A DNA stretch of 64,000 nucleotides from Patescibacteria group bacterium (GTDB lineage Bacteria > Patescibacteriota > Patescibacteriia > Buchananbacterales > UBA6539). The stretch is from contig JBAZMQ010000007.1 of NCBI GenBank assembly GCA_041649675.1, positions 2,948 through 66,947 on the forward strand, written 5' to 3'. The position numbers and the translations under genes are program-made. Below the pieces are notes generated by a model, which was not told the origin of the DNA, did not search any database, and worked only from the letters and a program-made list of their open reading frames with translations. This document shows, in pieces, positions 31,501 through 42,222 of the stretch (positions within the stretch are counted from its first letter, which is position 1; every line of letters starts with the position of its first letter).

Positions 31501-34500
31501 TCAATAAGAATCATACTTTTCCAGCCGAAAAGTATTTTGGCCCAACAAGCCTTGAATTTCGGTTTTAATCTCATCGCCGGCGTTAACTAAAAAGTTAGTC
31601 ATAATTTTTTTGTAACCCAGCTGATTTTTTATTGCCAAAAAAACTTTGTATTTGCCAGGATATTTTTGAAAAATTTCCTTTAATTTTTGGGTTAAGTCAT
31701 TATCCATTTGCGCTGGAATTAAAACATAGACATTGCCCGAAATCAATAATTCCTGATTGCCACTACTTTTTTTTGCAAATGATCTTTTAATATAGCTACT
31801 GCCATTACTGCTCATCAGCTCATACAATTCCCTTAACACTTCGGAAATATTTTGAGTATTTAATTCTTTAGCTTGATTACAAATCAGTTTATTTTCTCCG
31901 TCTTTGTCTGACAAACGACAATTCATTATAATAATTTTATCTTCTTGCCACAAAACCGGATCCGACTTTAAAATTTTTGGAAAGACTAAAACTTCAATCC
32001 CGTTAGTCATGTCTTCAATCCGGACAAAAAGCATTGGCTCACCCTTTTTAGTAATAATTTTTTTGACACTGGTAATAACCCCAGCCACCTGCAAAACTTT
32101 GTCTCGGTCGCTATTATTATTCAAAATTTCTTTAACTGGCGTAATTCGGTTCCGCAATTTTTCGGCAAATTCGGACAAAGGATGAGCCGACACATACAAA
32201 CCCAAAAACTCTTTTTCCCAATTTAATTTCTGCTTATCATCGGCCGGTTCAATTGGATCCAAATTGAGTTTGGGCAAAGCCACGGTCGTTGCCATCATGC
32301 CAAAAAGGCTGGACTGTTTGCTTTCCTGCTCTTGATTGATATTTTTTACAAACACTAAAAGCTTATCCATATTATAAAGTAACTGGTTTCGTTCACCCAA
32401 AAAATCTATGGCGCCGGATTTAATCATGGCTTCAAGAGATTTTTTATTCAAATCTTTAGTTTTTACCCGACTTAAAAAATCTTCCAAATTTTTGAAAGGA
32501 CCATTGGCTCTTCTTTCTTTAATGATTTCTCGGCCAATATTGTCCCCTAAATTTTTAACTGCATTTAAACCAAACCTAATTTTTCGGCTGGTTTTTTCAG
32601 GATTAACTTCTAAAGAATCATAAACAACGGTAAAGGTAGAAAAACTTTCATTAATATCCGGCGGCAAAACTTCAATACCCATTTGCCGGCATTCTTCAAC
32701 TTCAATGGCAATTCGGTCCATATTACCGTGGTCAGAGGTCAAAAGCGAAGCCATAAACTCAGAAGGATAGTAAGCTTTCAAATAAGCAGTCTGGTAGGCA
32801 ATCATGGCATAACAAGCCGCATGGGAACGGTTAAACCCGTAGCGAGCAAACGGCAAAACATAATCCCAAATTTGTTGCGCTATTTTTGGCTTAATCCCGT
32901 TTTTAATCATACCGGAAACCATTTTTTCTTCCTGTTGATGAAGCAACGAGGCAATTTTTTTACCAATCGCTTTACGTAAAACATCGGCTTCACCGTAGGA
33001 AAAACCGGCCAAGACCCGGGCAATTTCCATTAACTGTTCCTGGTAAACAATGATACCGTAAGTATTTTGTAAAACCGGCTCCATTCGCGCATCCAAATAA
33101 GCCACTCTGACCCTACCGTGCTTGGCACCAATATAATCGGGAATAAATTCCATCGGGCCCGGCCGATACAAAGCAACCATGGCAATAATATCTTCTAGCT
33201 CATTTGGCACTAACTGCTTGAGATAGCGACGCATACCCGAACTTTCAAATTGAAATACGCCGGTAGTTTCCGCTCGCTGCAATAACTGAAAAGTTTTTTT
33301 ATCGTTTAAGGGAATTTTATCCATACTGATACTAATTCCTCTGGCTTTTTTCAAAATTTCTAAGGTGTTTTCAATAATGGTTAAATTTTTCAAACCCAGT
33401 AAGTCAATTTTTAATAGCCCCAAATCTTCAACCGAGTGCATCTCATATTGGGAAACAATTTCATTTTCATTTTGATTAGAGCGCTGTCGCGGGATATAAT
33501 TGTCCATGGATTCAGGCGTAACCACAATCCCGCAGGCGTGAGTGGAGGCATGTCGGGCGCAACCTTCCAATTTTTTGGCAATCTCAATTAAACGGCGACC
33601 ATCAGGGTCAACCATAACTTCCTGCAATTCCGGTACGGTATTGATTGATTGTTGCAAAGTCATAAACATCGGAATCATTTTGGCCACCTTGTCACAATAA
33701 GCGTAAGGAATACCCATTACCCGGCCGACATCACGAATAGCGGCCCGAGCGGCCATTGTCCCAAAGGTAATAATTTGAGCGACATGATCATTACCGTATT
33801 TTTCGGCTACATATTTAATTACCTCATCACGCCTGGCATCAGCAAAATCAGAATCAATATCAGGCATAGAAATTCTTTCGGGATTTAAAAACCGTTCAAA
33901 TATCAAATTATATTTCAACGGATCGATGTCGGTAATATTTAACAAAAAAGCCACCAAACTACCAGCAGCCGAACCACGTCCCGGCCCGACGACAATTTCG
34001 TTATTTTTTGCCCAATTAATAAAATCCGCAACGATTAAAAAGTAAGAAGCAAAACCGGTTTTTTTAATGATATCCAATTCATAGTCAAGCCGTTTCTTTA
34101 TTTCCGCCGAAATATTAGCTGTCCCGTAGCGCCGTTCTAAACCTGCCTGACACAACTCAGCTAAATAATCCGTGTCAGTTTTACCGCTAGGCACAGTAAA
34201 ATTAGGCAATAATATTTTATGCAGTTTTAAATCAAGATTACATTTCTCCGCCACGGCCAGGGTGTTTGAAATAACTTCAGGATATTGAGACCAAAACTGC
34301 TTCATACTGTCTTGGGAATGAAAAGAAAAATCTTCACCCATGTAAGACATCCGGTCAGTATCGGCCAAAGTTTTTTTGGTTTGGATGCAAAGCAAAACAT
34401 CTTGAGCGTAATCATCATCGCTGTTTAAATAATGGACGTCATTGGTGGCCACCACGTCAATATTTAATTTTTTCCCCAAAGCCAGAATTTTTTCATTTAC

Positions 34501-35055
34501 CTCTTTTTGCTTGGGAATATTGGGATGATATTGAACTTCCAGATAGTAATTACCCACACCAAAGATCTGTTGATATTTCATGGCCATCTCTTCGGCCTTG
34601 GCTTCGTCGCTATTTAAAAAATGCCGCGCAATTTCGCCCTGAAGACAAGCGGACAAACCAATTAAACCCTCGTGATACTTTTCCAAAAGCTCCAAATCAA
34701 TCCTGGGTTTATAATAAAAACCATCGAGATGGGCGATGGTAGTTAATTTTATTAAATTCCGGTAACCAATTTCGTCCTTGGCTAATAAAACCAAATGGTA
34801 CGGGCTGTCATCAATTCTTGGCCGCTTGTTAGTATGGCCGTTTCGGGCAACGTAAGCTTCAACCCCTAAAATCGGTTTGATTCCCGCTTTCTTGGCTTTT
34901 TGATAAAACTCGATGGCGCCATACATTACGCCATGGTCAGTTAAAGCCATAGCAGGCATACCTAATTGTTTGGCCTTTTTAACTAAATCATCAATTTTGG
35001 CTAAACCGTCAAGCAACGAATAATGCGAGTGAACATGCAGATGGACAAAAGACAT
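31501..35055 (-). CDS. dnaE: DNA polymerase III alpha subunit
   Basis: PHP FVHLHVHSHYSLLDG, GPGRGSAAGS, FERFLNPERISMPDIDSD, YGFNRSH; start set at MSFVHLH. Confidence 0.98.
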   Translation of the reverse strand: MSFVHLHVHSHYSLLDGLAKIDDLVKKAKQLGMPAMALTDHGVMYGAIEFYQKAKKAGIKPILGVEAYVARNGHTNKRPRIDDSPYHLVLLAKDEIGYRNLIKLTTIAHLDGFYYKPRIDLELLEKYHEGLIGLSACLQGEIARHFLNSDEAKAEEMAMKYQQIFGVGNYYLEVQYHPNIPKQKEVNEKILALGKKLNIDVVATNDVHYLNSDDDYAQDVLLCIQTKKTLADTDRMSYMGEDFSFHSQDSMKQFWSQYPEVISNTLAVAEKCNLDLKLHKILLPNFTVPSGKTDTDYLAELCQAGLERRYGTANISAEIKKRLDYELDIIKKTGFASYFLIVADFINWAKNNEIVVGPGRGSAAGSLVAFLLNITDIDPLKYNLIFERFLNPERISMPDIDSDFADARRDEVIKYVAEKYGNDHVAQIITFGTMAARAAIRDVGRVMGIPYAYCDKVAKMIPMFMTLQQSINTVPELQEVMVDPDGRRLIEIAKKLEGCARHASTHACGIVVTPESMDNYIPRQRSNQNENEIVSQYEMHSVEDLGLLKIDLLGLKNLTIIENTLEILKKARGISISMDKIPLNDKKTFQLLQRAETTGVFQFESSGMRRYLKQLVPNELEDIIAMVALYRPGPMEFIPDYIGAKHGRVRVAYLDARMEPVLQNTYGIIVYQEQLMEIARVLAGFSYGEADVLRKAIGKKIASLLHQQEEKMVSGMIKNGIKPKIAQQIWDYVLPFARYGFNRSHAACYAMIAYQTAYLKAYYPSEFMASLLTSDHGNMDRIAIEVEECRQMGIEVLPPDINESFSTFTVVYDSLEVNPEKTSRKIRFGLNAVKNLGDNIGREIIKERRANGPFKNLEDFLSRVKTKDLNKKSLEAMIKSGAIDFLGERNQLLYNMDKLLVFVKNINQEQESKQSSLFGMMATTVALPKLNLDPIEPADDKQKLNWEKEFLGLYVSAHPLSEFAEKLRNRITPVKEILNNNSDRDKVLQVAGVITSVKKIITKKGEPMLFVRIEDMTNGIEVLVFPKILKSDPVLWQEDKIIIMNCRLSDKDGENKLICNQAKELNTQNISEVLRELYELMSSNGSSYIKRSFAKKSSGNQELLISGNVYVLIPAQMDNDLTQKLKEIFQKYPGKYKVFLAIKNQLGYKKIMTNFLVNAGDEIKTEIQGLLGQNTFRLEKYDSY

Positions 35056-35126
35056 AAACTTTATAAAATATTTAGCCGCCGGATTAAATCCAAGGCGATC
35101 AAGGAAAGCAAGCTCCCCTGTTAAAT

Positions 35127-35256
35127 AAATTCTAAGCACTAAATCCTAAATTCCAAACAAATTCTAATTTCCAAACACCAAATCCTAAACGTTTAAAACA
35201 TTAAAATTTCTGATTTATTATTTGTTTAGAATTTAGATATTAGGATTTCGGATTTT
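35127..35256. repeat. Inverted heptamer-period element (CTAAATC-like left, ATTTAGA-like right), no ORF
   Basis: Same style as 3454-3567. Confidence 0.7.
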
Positions 35257-35262
35257 ACCTAG

Positions 35263-35559
35263 CTACTTCTTTTTCTTCTTACTACTCGCCTTGCCTTGCT
35301 TCTCCATCAAAAACCCTACCAATTTAATAGCCGAATCGGCAACGACTGACATATGATTAGAACCTTTCTCCAATTTGTCGTGAACTAATTTCAAAATATT
35401 ATCAACTAATTCCAATTTTTCGCGAACGCTAATGGTCATTTTACTAAAATTCTTCAACATTACGACAACATAGTAAAGCGCCCAGCAAACAAAAACGGTC
35501 AGCCATAAAATGGCGAAGGCAATGATGATGAATAAAAGGTCTTTTGATGTTTCAAGCAT
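35263..35559 (-). CDS. Small membrane protein (one TM plus coiled coil)
   Basis: 98-aa ORF in the pheT-dnaE gene string. Confidence 0.75.
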   Translation of the reverse strand: MLETSKDLLFIIIAFAILWLTVFVCWALYYVVVMLKNFSKMTISVREKLELVDNILKLVHDKLEKGSNHMSVVADSAIKLVGFLMEKQGKASSKKKKK

Positions 35560-35563
35560 AATT

Positions 35564-35634
35564 TTAGCTGTTAGCTGTTAGCTTATAGCTTGTAGGCCCC
35601 TCCCTAAAAGCTATAAGCTAAAAGCTCTAAGCTA
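35564..35634. repeat. Inverted heptamer element (AGCT family, copy 2), includes the pheT stop codon
   Basis: ttagctg ttagctg ttagctt atagctt .. aagctat aagctaa aagctct aagcta; same family as 18398-18467. Confidence 0.8.
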
Positions 35635-38007
35635 CCTCAACTTGGCATCAAACTTTTCTGCCAACTTCTTGATCAAATCAGAAATTATATCATCAACTTC
35701 TTGAGCCTTTAAAGTTTTTTGGCTTGAACGAAAAGTCACGCGAAAAGCCAAACTCTTTTTGTTTGTCTCAAGCTCTTTACCAACAAAAGTATTAAGATAT
35801 TCAACCCCAACAATAATTTTATTAAATTGGCTGACTAATTGATTAATTTCTTGCCAGGCAAGCTTGGCATCAATAATAATAGCTAGATCGCGACTAACAC
35901 TGGGAAATTCCGGCAACGGCTGATAGGCCCTAACCGTGGTGGCAAATTTTATCAGTTGCAAAAAATCAAAATCAAACAAAGCCACGGCTTTAGTTATACC
36001 GAAATTATCCAAAATATCTTGTTTAATCAAACCAAATTGGCCAACGTAGTTTTCATCAATATAAATATCTAAAGCGCGATTGACTTGCCAAAGCGGACAA
36101 TTTTGATCCGTTAGCTTTAATTCGTACTGACCAATACCCATTTTTTTCAAAAGTAACTCAACGGTACCTTTGGCGACAAAAAAAGAATTATTAGAATTAG
36201 TTACAATGGCGCCGCTTAATTTCAAAATTTCAGCTGGCAGCTCGTTTTGGCCTTTTGGCAAATAGACGTTGCTCAGTTCAAAAATATTTAATTCGGAAAA
36301 ATTATTAATATTATCCGAAATATTTTGTAAAATTCCTGACATCAAGGTCGTACGCATCATTGTCATTTCTTCGTTTAACGGATTGGCAATAGCCAACATT
36401 TTACCTAAGTTGAATTTGGTTTTGGCTAAAAACTTTTCTGAAACCATTGAATAGTTATAAACCTCACAAAAACCCAAACCACTCAAACAATTTTTAGCCA
36501 GACTTTCCCAAAGAAATACCGGATCCTTCGTTTGGACCGGAATTTGGCCAGTTGGCAGATGAGTCGGTAAATTATGATAACCATAAATTCTAGCCACCTC
36601 TTCAGTTAAATCATAATCATAAACGACATCACCGGCTCGCCACCAAGGCACAGTTACGGTTAGAGTTTTTGTCCCCACAGCGGTAAAACCCAATGACTGT
36701 AAAATCTTTTTTATCTGCCCTAAAGAAATTTTAACACCCAGATGTTTTTTGATAATTGAGGTATCAAACTTGATTTTCTGATTTCTGATTTCTGATTTCT
36801 GACTATCAACGATTTGACTGGCCACTTTGCCGCCGGCAATTTCCTGGGTCAGCTCAATGGCTCGTAAAATCCCAACCATGGCACTATGGGGTTGCAAACC
36901 TTTTTCAAATAAATCAGACGAATCGGAACGTAAATTTATTTCCCTAACAGTTTTACGAGTTAAAACCGGATCAAAAATCGCCGCCTCAAAAATGATAGTT
37001 TTGGTCTTTTCGGTCGCAGCCGACTCCTCGCCGCCCATAATACCGGCAATAGCAACTGGCACTTTGCTGTCAGCAATCACTAAATGGTTAGTTTTTAAAT
37101 CATAAGTTTTGCCATCAAGGGCTAAAATCTTTTCACCAGCTTTAGCTTGCCGAACAATGATTTTATTACCATTAATTTTATCGTAATCAAAAACATGAAG
37201 CGGCCGACCGTACTCCAATTGAATATAATTAGTAATATCCACTAAATTATTAATCGGCCTGAGGCCGGAAGCCAAAAGGCGCAATTGCAACCAATGCGGC
37301 GATGGCCCGACTTTAACCTCGGTCATGACCACGCCTAAATAACGCGAACATAATTTTGGTTCTTTGACTTCCACGGTCAAAGGTAATTTATTAATAACTT
37401 TCAAATTTGGTTTTGGCTCTTGCCAATTTAATTTTATACTCAAAGCCGCTGCGGCTTCCCGGGCTAAACCAACCACCGACATCGCATCGGGCCGATTGGA
37501 AGTGATTTCCACGTCAAAAATATAATCCGGACCAATGACTTCAGCTAATGGCTTGCCCACCGGCGTGTTATCAGACAAAATCATAATACCGGTATGATCT
37601 TGACCTAAACCCAATTCTTTTTGCGAACACAGCATACCTTGGCTTTCCACACCCCTGATTTTTGCCGCCGTAACAATCCAGGTTTCATCTTCTTTGTCCG
37701 GACTTTTGACTTCCGCGCCGATTTGGGCAAAGGGCACAATTTGACCAGGCAAAATGTTTAGTGCACCACAAACAACGGTTAATTTTTCTTTACCGGTATC
37801 AATTGTGACTAATTTTAATTTATCAGCATTGGGATGTTTGGTGATTTCTAAAATTTTTGCCGTAATAATATTTTTAAAACTCGGCGCGACAGTTTCAATT
37901 CGCTCCACGCTCATGCCCTTTAAAGACAATTCCTTGGCCACGTCAAAAACCGACTGGTTAGTCTTTAAATACTCCTTGAACCAATTGTAGGAAATTTTTA
38001 GATTCAT
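35632..38007 (-). CDS. pheT: Phenylalanine--tRNA ligase beta subunit
   Basis: HPNADKL, RGVESQGMLCS, ITSNRPD, INNLVDITNY, EEVARIYGY, FPSVSRDLA. Confidence 0.98.
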   Translation of the reverse strand: MNLKISYNWFKEYLKTNQSVFDVAKELSLKGMSVERIETVAPSFKNIITAKILEITKHPNADKLKLVTIDTGKEKLTVVCGALNILPGQIVPFAQIGAEVKSPDKEDETWIVTAAKIRGVESQGMLCSQKELGLGQDHTGIMILSDNTPVGKPLAEVIGPDYIFDVEITSNRPDAMSVVGLAREAAAALSIKLNWQEPKPNLKVINKLPLTVEVKEPKLCSRYLGVVMTEVKVGPSPHWLQLRLLASGLRPINNLVDITNYIQLEYGRPLHVFDYDKINGNKIIVRQAKAGEKILALDGKTYDLKTNHLVIADSKVPVAIAGIMGGEESAATEKTKTIIFEAAIFDPVLTRKTVREINLRSDSSDLFEKGLQPHSAMVGILRAIELTQEIAGGKVASQIVDSQKSEIRNQKIKFDTSIIKKHLGVKISLGQIKKILQSLGFTAVGTKTLTVTVPWWRAGDVVYDYDLTEEVARIYGYHNLPTHLPTGQIPVQTKDPVFLWESLAKNCLSGLGFCEVYNYSMVSEKFLAKTKFNLGKMLAIANPLNEEMTMMRTTLMSGILQNISDNINNFSELNIFELSNVYLPKGQNELPAEILKLSGAIVTNSNNSFFVAKGTVELLLKKMGIGQYELKLTDQNCPLWQVNRALDIYIDENYVGQFGLIKQDILDNFGITKAVALFDFDFLQLIKFATTVRAYQPLPEFPSVSRDLAIIIDAKLAWQEINQLVSQFNKIIVGVEYLNTFVGKELETNKKSLAFRVTFRSSQKTLKAQEVDDIISDLIKKLAEKFDAKLR

Positions 38008-38027
38008 CTGTGCTAGTTAATAAGTAA

Positions 38028-38156
38028 GTCATTTCGAGTCCCGCTTCCCAGCTCACTTAAGGCACGGGACGAGAAATCTCACATATTTGTTAATAATTTA
38101 TAGTATAATGAGATTTCTCCCTTCCATTAATTTTGCTTAAACACGGTCGAAATGAC
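38028..38156. repeat. GTCATTTCGA..TCGAAATGAC element (copy 2) between pheS and pheT
   Basis: Reverse complement aligns with 29984-30101 at all stems. Confidence 0.85.
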
Positions 38157-38165
38157 AGGAAAAAA

Positions 38166-39197
38166 TTAAAATTGATTTAAAAATCTCAAATCGTTTTGAT
38201 AAAGCATCCGAATATCGGGAATACTCAAACCGGCTTTCATTAAATAACAGCGCTCCACGCCCCAACCAAAAGCAAAACCGGAATATTTTTTGGGATCAAT
38301 ACCGCCGGCTTTCAAAACATTGGGATGAACCATACCCGCGCCGCCGATTTCCACCCAGCCGGATTTACATAATTTGCAACCTTTGCCCTTGCAAACCCCA
38401 CAAGTCACGTCAACTTCAAAACTGGGTTCGGTGAACTGAAAATGAAACGGCCGAATCCGCGCTTGCCTATCCGGACCGAAAAACTGCTTGGCGAAATAAT
38501 CTAGTGTGCCTTTTAAATCGGCAATGCTAATGTCTTTATCAATTAACAAACCTTCAAACTGGTGAAACATTGGCGCGTGCGAAGCATCAATTTGTCGGCG
38601 GAAACATTTGGAAATATTAGTCATTCTAATCGGTAATTGTTTTTTTTCCATTTCCCGAACCTGGCCCGAGGAAGTGTGCGGCGTCAAAACTCGCTGACCC
38701 TTTGACCCAACCGGTGTTTTATCAATAAAAAAAGTTTCCCATTCATCACGAGCCGGATGGTTAGGTGGCATATTCAAAGATTCAAAAGCGTACCAATCCC
38801 ATTCAACTTCGGGATAACGGCGCCGGACAAAACCAATGCGTTCAAAGATCTCGGCAATTTCGGTAATTGCTTGGGTTAACAAATGTAAGTGACCTTCGGC
38901 TAACTTAATGCCAGGTAACGTGACATCAAAAAAATCTTGGTTGGTATTTTCCGCTTTTAGCAAGTTTCTTTTTTCCGTAATGGCTAGTTCAATTTCTTTT
39001 TTTAAAACATTAGCTAAACCACCGATCTCGCGACGTTCGGTTTCTGACAAATCTTTGAGATTACGCAAAATATCAGTTAAAACACCAGCCTTACGGCCCA
39101 GATAATCAACTTCTAATTTTTCCAAATCGTCTAAATTAGAGACTTGACTGATTGCCTGAGTAAATTGGGTTTTGATCTGCAAAAGTTTTTCGTTCAT
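38166..39197 (-). CDS. pheS: Phenylalanine--tRNA ligase alpha subunit
   Basis: HPARD, HTSSGQVR, FHQFEG, FQFTEPS, GAGMVHPNVL, GFAFGWGVER. Confidence 0.98.
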   Translation of the reverse strand: MNEKLLQIKTQFTQAISQVSNLDDLEKLEVDYLGRKAGVLTDILRNLKDLSETERREIGGLANVLKKEIELAITEKRNLLKAENTNQDFFDVTLPGIKLAEGHLHLLTQAITEIAEIFERIGFVRRRYPEVEWDWYAFESLNMPPNHPARDEWETFFIDKTPVGSKGQRVLTPHTSSGQVREMEKKQLPIRMTNISKCFRRQIDASHAPMFHQFEGLLIDKDISIADLKGTLDYFAKQFFGPDRQARIRPFHFQFTEPSFEVDVTCGVCKGKGCKLCKSGWVEIGGAGMVHPNVLKAGGIDPKKYSGFAFGWGVERCYLMKAGLSIPDIRMLYQNDLRFLNQF

Positions 39198-39290
39198 ACC
39201 CGGTAATAGTCCCGCCTTTTTTATGTTTGAAAAATTGCGGGAAAGTTTTATTAATTATTTCATATTTATCCCAATAGTAACCCTGAATAA

Positions 39291-39701
39291 TTAAATGGCG
39301 GGATCACTACCGGGATAAGTATTTCTTTGCTTTTGGGTAGAGATAAAGAAAAATTCTAAAAGCGCCAGGACTAAGACTAACAGTAAAAAATTCCACCAAC
39401 GCAGTAAACCTTGAGTTTTTAATAGCGCCCAACCTAGAACAATTACACTAAACATAATGGCATGACGAAGCGAAATTCTAATTCGATAAAGCAGCAACTG
39501 ATCTTTGCCAATTTTAGTTTTTATTGAATTGATAATTAAAAATAACAAACCACTCAGGCCCAAAAATAGGGTCAAATAAAAAATCGTAAACCCGGCAATA
39601 CCCGCCTGGCTTGGATCAAAATAAAAAATCACCATTCCCCAGGCCAACCAGGCTAAAATGGTACCAGCGATAACTAATAATAAAAAAACTCTAAAGCTCA
39701 T
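39291..39701 (-). CDS. Four-TM membrane hypothetical protein
   Basis: Hydrophobic segments; core-like composition. Confidence 0.75.
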   Translation of the reverse strand: MSFRVFLLLVIAGTILAWLAWGMVIFYFDPSQAGIAGFTIFYLTLFLGLSGLLFLIINSIKTKIGKDQLLLYRIRISLRHAIMFSVIVLGWALLKTQGLLRWWNFLLLVLVLALLEFFFISTQKQRNTYPGSDPAI

Positions 39702-39756
39702 GCTGCTTTAATTATAACACGATGATGGCTCAGGGGCAAATAAGCTTTAATCAAGG

Positions 39757-41277
39757 TTATTCCCTAAAAACAATGGCTTGGTAAGAAAAGACTTTGGTTT
39801 CAGAATCAGTGAAACAGTTTGGTTTAAGTCCGCCTTTAAGGCAAAGACTGGTAAAAAAATCACTGGAATTAGCCACCTCTTGCCAAACCTGGGGCAAATA
39901 AGTCGCGCCGCGGCTACCATTTTGTAAAACTGTACCTAATTTATTCTTGGTAATATTGTCAATCGTGTCCGGTTGAGGCACACTTAAAATTGAAATTTCA
40001 ATTTCTATGTCTTTAAGTTCGTCACTGGTAACCGGATTAAACCGTGAATCGTGCAAAGCAGCAGAAATTGCATTGTCCATGATTGCCTCAAGCAAAGGCT
40101 TAATCGGTTCAATATACCCAATGCAGCCACGCAAACTGCCATTCTTATTTAAAGTCACAAACACTCCCCGCTTGGCTAAAAACTTGGGATTGATATTTTT
40201 GGGCTGATTTATTTTGCCCGTCTTAAAATACTGTTCAAGGGTTGTTCTGGCAAGCTGGAGCAATTCCGTTTTTTCGGTTTGACTATATTCATCACTACTG
40301 TTTTCTGTTCTCTGATCTCTGTTCTCTGTTTTCTGTTCTCTGATTTCTCCATAGAATCCAATCGCTCCATACCCCACCACCGAGGATTCATCACCTGTCA
40401 CATCGCCCGAAGTCGCATGCTTTAAGAGCTTAGGTTGCCAACCATTTTGCCGCGCTAATGCCAAAACCGACGACACGACCCAGGGCGCATCAATTTCATC
40501 ATCCAAAATCTCCTGATTGTTTAAATCCAAGATATGGTCAATTGATTGTTGATCCAGAGCCAGAGCTTGATTCTGCGGATGATAATGAGACATATCAACA
40601 CTAACAACCAAAACAGTTTGCGAAGCCAAATACTTATTTAAGACTGAAACGAAATTTGAACGCTGGTTAGCGTCTAATTGCCCAACAATAATTGGCACAA
40701 TTTCAACCCCGGGAATAACAGTTTGTAAAAACGGCACCTCAATTTCCAAAGCATGCTCGGGCTGGTGAACTTGTTCGCTGACGGTAAAGTCATTTTCTTT
40801 AGCTAAGGCTTGGTTGATATCAGAAACTTTAACTAAACCTAAAGGCGTTTGCCAGAAATCAGCGGCTGACAAATACAAACCCAAAATCGGAAAATGATGC
40901 GACGGACCAATAATAATTGCCTGCTTAACACCGGAGTTAAGCAGCTGTTTAAAACTGTAAGCAGCCACTGAACCGGAATATTCCAACCCGGCATGAGGCA
41001 CAATCAAAATTCTGGGCACACCACCGGCAGGATCCTGGGGTACGGCCGCTAGAAATTTATCAATCAACGAACTTAACTCTGCCTTACCGGCCGGATAAAA
41101 GCTGCCCGCTACTGCCGACTGACGGGTAATTTCTTTTTTGGTCATATTATTATCTTTATTTTGATTAAATTTATTAAAGCCAAATGATTGATGTTCAAAA
41201 TCCAAAGTCAAAACAACGATAAAAAGTATAGCTAAGGCAGAAATAATTAAAAGAAAGAATAAATATTTTTTAACCAT
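39757..41277 (-). CDS. AmmeMemoRadiSam system protein B (MEMO1-like) fused to protein A (AMMECR1-like), with possible N-terminal TM
   Basis: AVAGSFYP, PHAGLEYSG, IGPSH, EHALEIEVPFLQ, SVVGYG; then GVFVTL, LRGCIG, ATYLPQVW. Confidence 0.92.
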   Translation of the reverse strand: MVKKYLFFLLIISALAILFIVVLTLDFEHQSFGFNKFNQNKDNNMTKKEITRQSAVAGSFYPAGKAELSSLIDKFLAAVPQDPAGGVPRILIVPHAGLEYSGSVAAYSFKQLLNSGVKQAIIIGPSHHFPILGLYLSAADFWQTPLGLVKVSDINQALAKENDFTVSEQVHQPEHALEIEVPFLQTVIPGVEIVPIIVGQLDANQRSNFVSVLNKYLASQTVLVVSVDMSHYHPQNQALALDQQSIDHILDLNNQEILDDEIDAPWVVSSVLALARQNGWQPKLLKHATSGDVTGDESSVVGYGAIGFYGEIREQKTENRDQRTENSSDEYSQTEKTELLQLARTTLEQYFKTGKINQPKNINPKFLAKRGVFVTLNKNGSLRGCIGYIEPIKPLLEAIMDNAISAALHDSRFNPVTSDELKDIEIEISILSVPQPDTIDNITKNKLGTVLQNGSRGATYLPQVWQEVANSSDFFTSLCLKGGLKPNCFTDSETKVFSYQAIVFRE

Positions 41278-41283
41278 AACCTA

Positions 41284-41312
41284 TTGACAAAAATGATAAT
41301 TAATACTAAGAT
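41284..41312 (+). promoter_or_regulatory. Promoter TTGACA-17-TAAGAT
   Basis: Upstream of ORF 41376. Confidence 0.7.
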
Positions 41313-41375
41313 ACAAAGCTGAAAATAAGGTAGTAATAACAGAAGAAAACTGAACCCAAATAGGAGGACAAAACG

Positions 41376-41858
41376 ATGACGACGGTACCAACAACAGCTA
41401 TAGAGCTCTTTCAAAAGTATCCTTGGTTGCGATCAAATCAGATCAAGGCCACGCCAGAAAACATTACGGACAGAAATTTTAACGAGCTGCTCTGCAGTCC
41501 CGAGACTGCCGAGTACGTCTTTAATGACCTGCAAGGAATGTATGGTCAGCCGGATAACGGCATGGCCAGAACAATCTGGCTGAAGTTTAAGTCGGTTGCT
41601 GCACCGCTTAAAATCGCCGAGATTGGTGTTCACGATTCCCCCCCCAAGAAGCTGGGGAATATAATCCTGCACAGCCAAGCCTGGCAACAAACCCCTGATG
41701 AAGCCAAAAATGCAGTGGCAGCCTTGGCGCTGATCACCACTCTTCGTGCAGTGCCTCTGCATGTAACGGTTATTGAAGTTGAAGACAATTTTGAAGAAAT
41801 GCTGAATCTCTGGGATCAGCTCCAGGGAAGAAAGCTACCTCCGGATTTCACCGACTAA
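41376..41858 (+). CDS. Hypothetical protein (160 aa), orphan unit
   Basis: AGGAGG RBS, own promoter and terminator. Confidence 0.75.
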   Translation: MTTVPTTAIELFQKYPWLRSNQIKATPENITDRNFNELLCSPETAEYVFNDLQGMYGQPDNGMARTIWLKFKSVAAPLKIAEIGVHDSPPKKLGNIILHSQAWQQTPDEAKNAVAALALITTLRAVPLHVTVIEVEDNFEEMLNLWDQLQGRKLPPDFTD

Positions 41859-41869
41859 CGAACAACCAC

Positions 41870-41903
41870 ACCTTAAGGTCAAAGATCTTAAGGTCTTTTT
41901 TTT
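41870..41903 (+). terminator. Intrinsic terminator
   Basis: ACCTTAAGGTC-aaa-GATCTTAAGGT then c and T8. Confidence 0.8.
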
Positions 41904-41910
41904 AAAAAAA

Positions 41911-42207
41911 TTATTCCAAAAATTTCAACCGCTGAACCACTTTAGTTGAATAATTACGATTTAACTCGTTAAGAATCCTGTTTTCTTGGCTTTTTAAGTC
42001 TTGGCTTAAAACCGAAGACAAGCAAGCAATATAAAGCGTACCGTCTTTTAAATGCATGGGTTTTATTTTTTTAGCAATTGAATCACCAAAAATATTTTTC
42101 ATCTTTGGCATAAAATCTTTTAAAATTTCAGCCGAATTCAGCTGGTTTTTAATGCCGGCTTTTTTTATTGATTTAGCCAAAAGTTTTTCTACCTTGATAA
42201 ATGCCAT
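41911..42207 (-). CDS. DUF721/DciA family protein
   Basis: LKDGTLYIACLSSVLSQDLKSQENRILNELN..VQRLKF. Confidence 0.8.
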   Translation of the reverse strand: MAFIKVEKLLAKSIKKAGIKNQLNSAEILKDFMPKMKNIFGDSIAKKIKPMHLKDGTLYIACLSSVLSQDLKSQENRILNELNRNYSTKVVQRLKFLE

Positions 42208-42222
42208 ATATTTTTTCTTACT

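Noticed and set aside
35056-35139. N-terminal extensions in the ORF track (dnaE, also 46932, 57423, 58532, 60148, 15125, 17494)
   Set aside because: Conserved domain starts or RBS positions indicate downstream ATGs; the dnaE extension crosses a hairpin and a repeat
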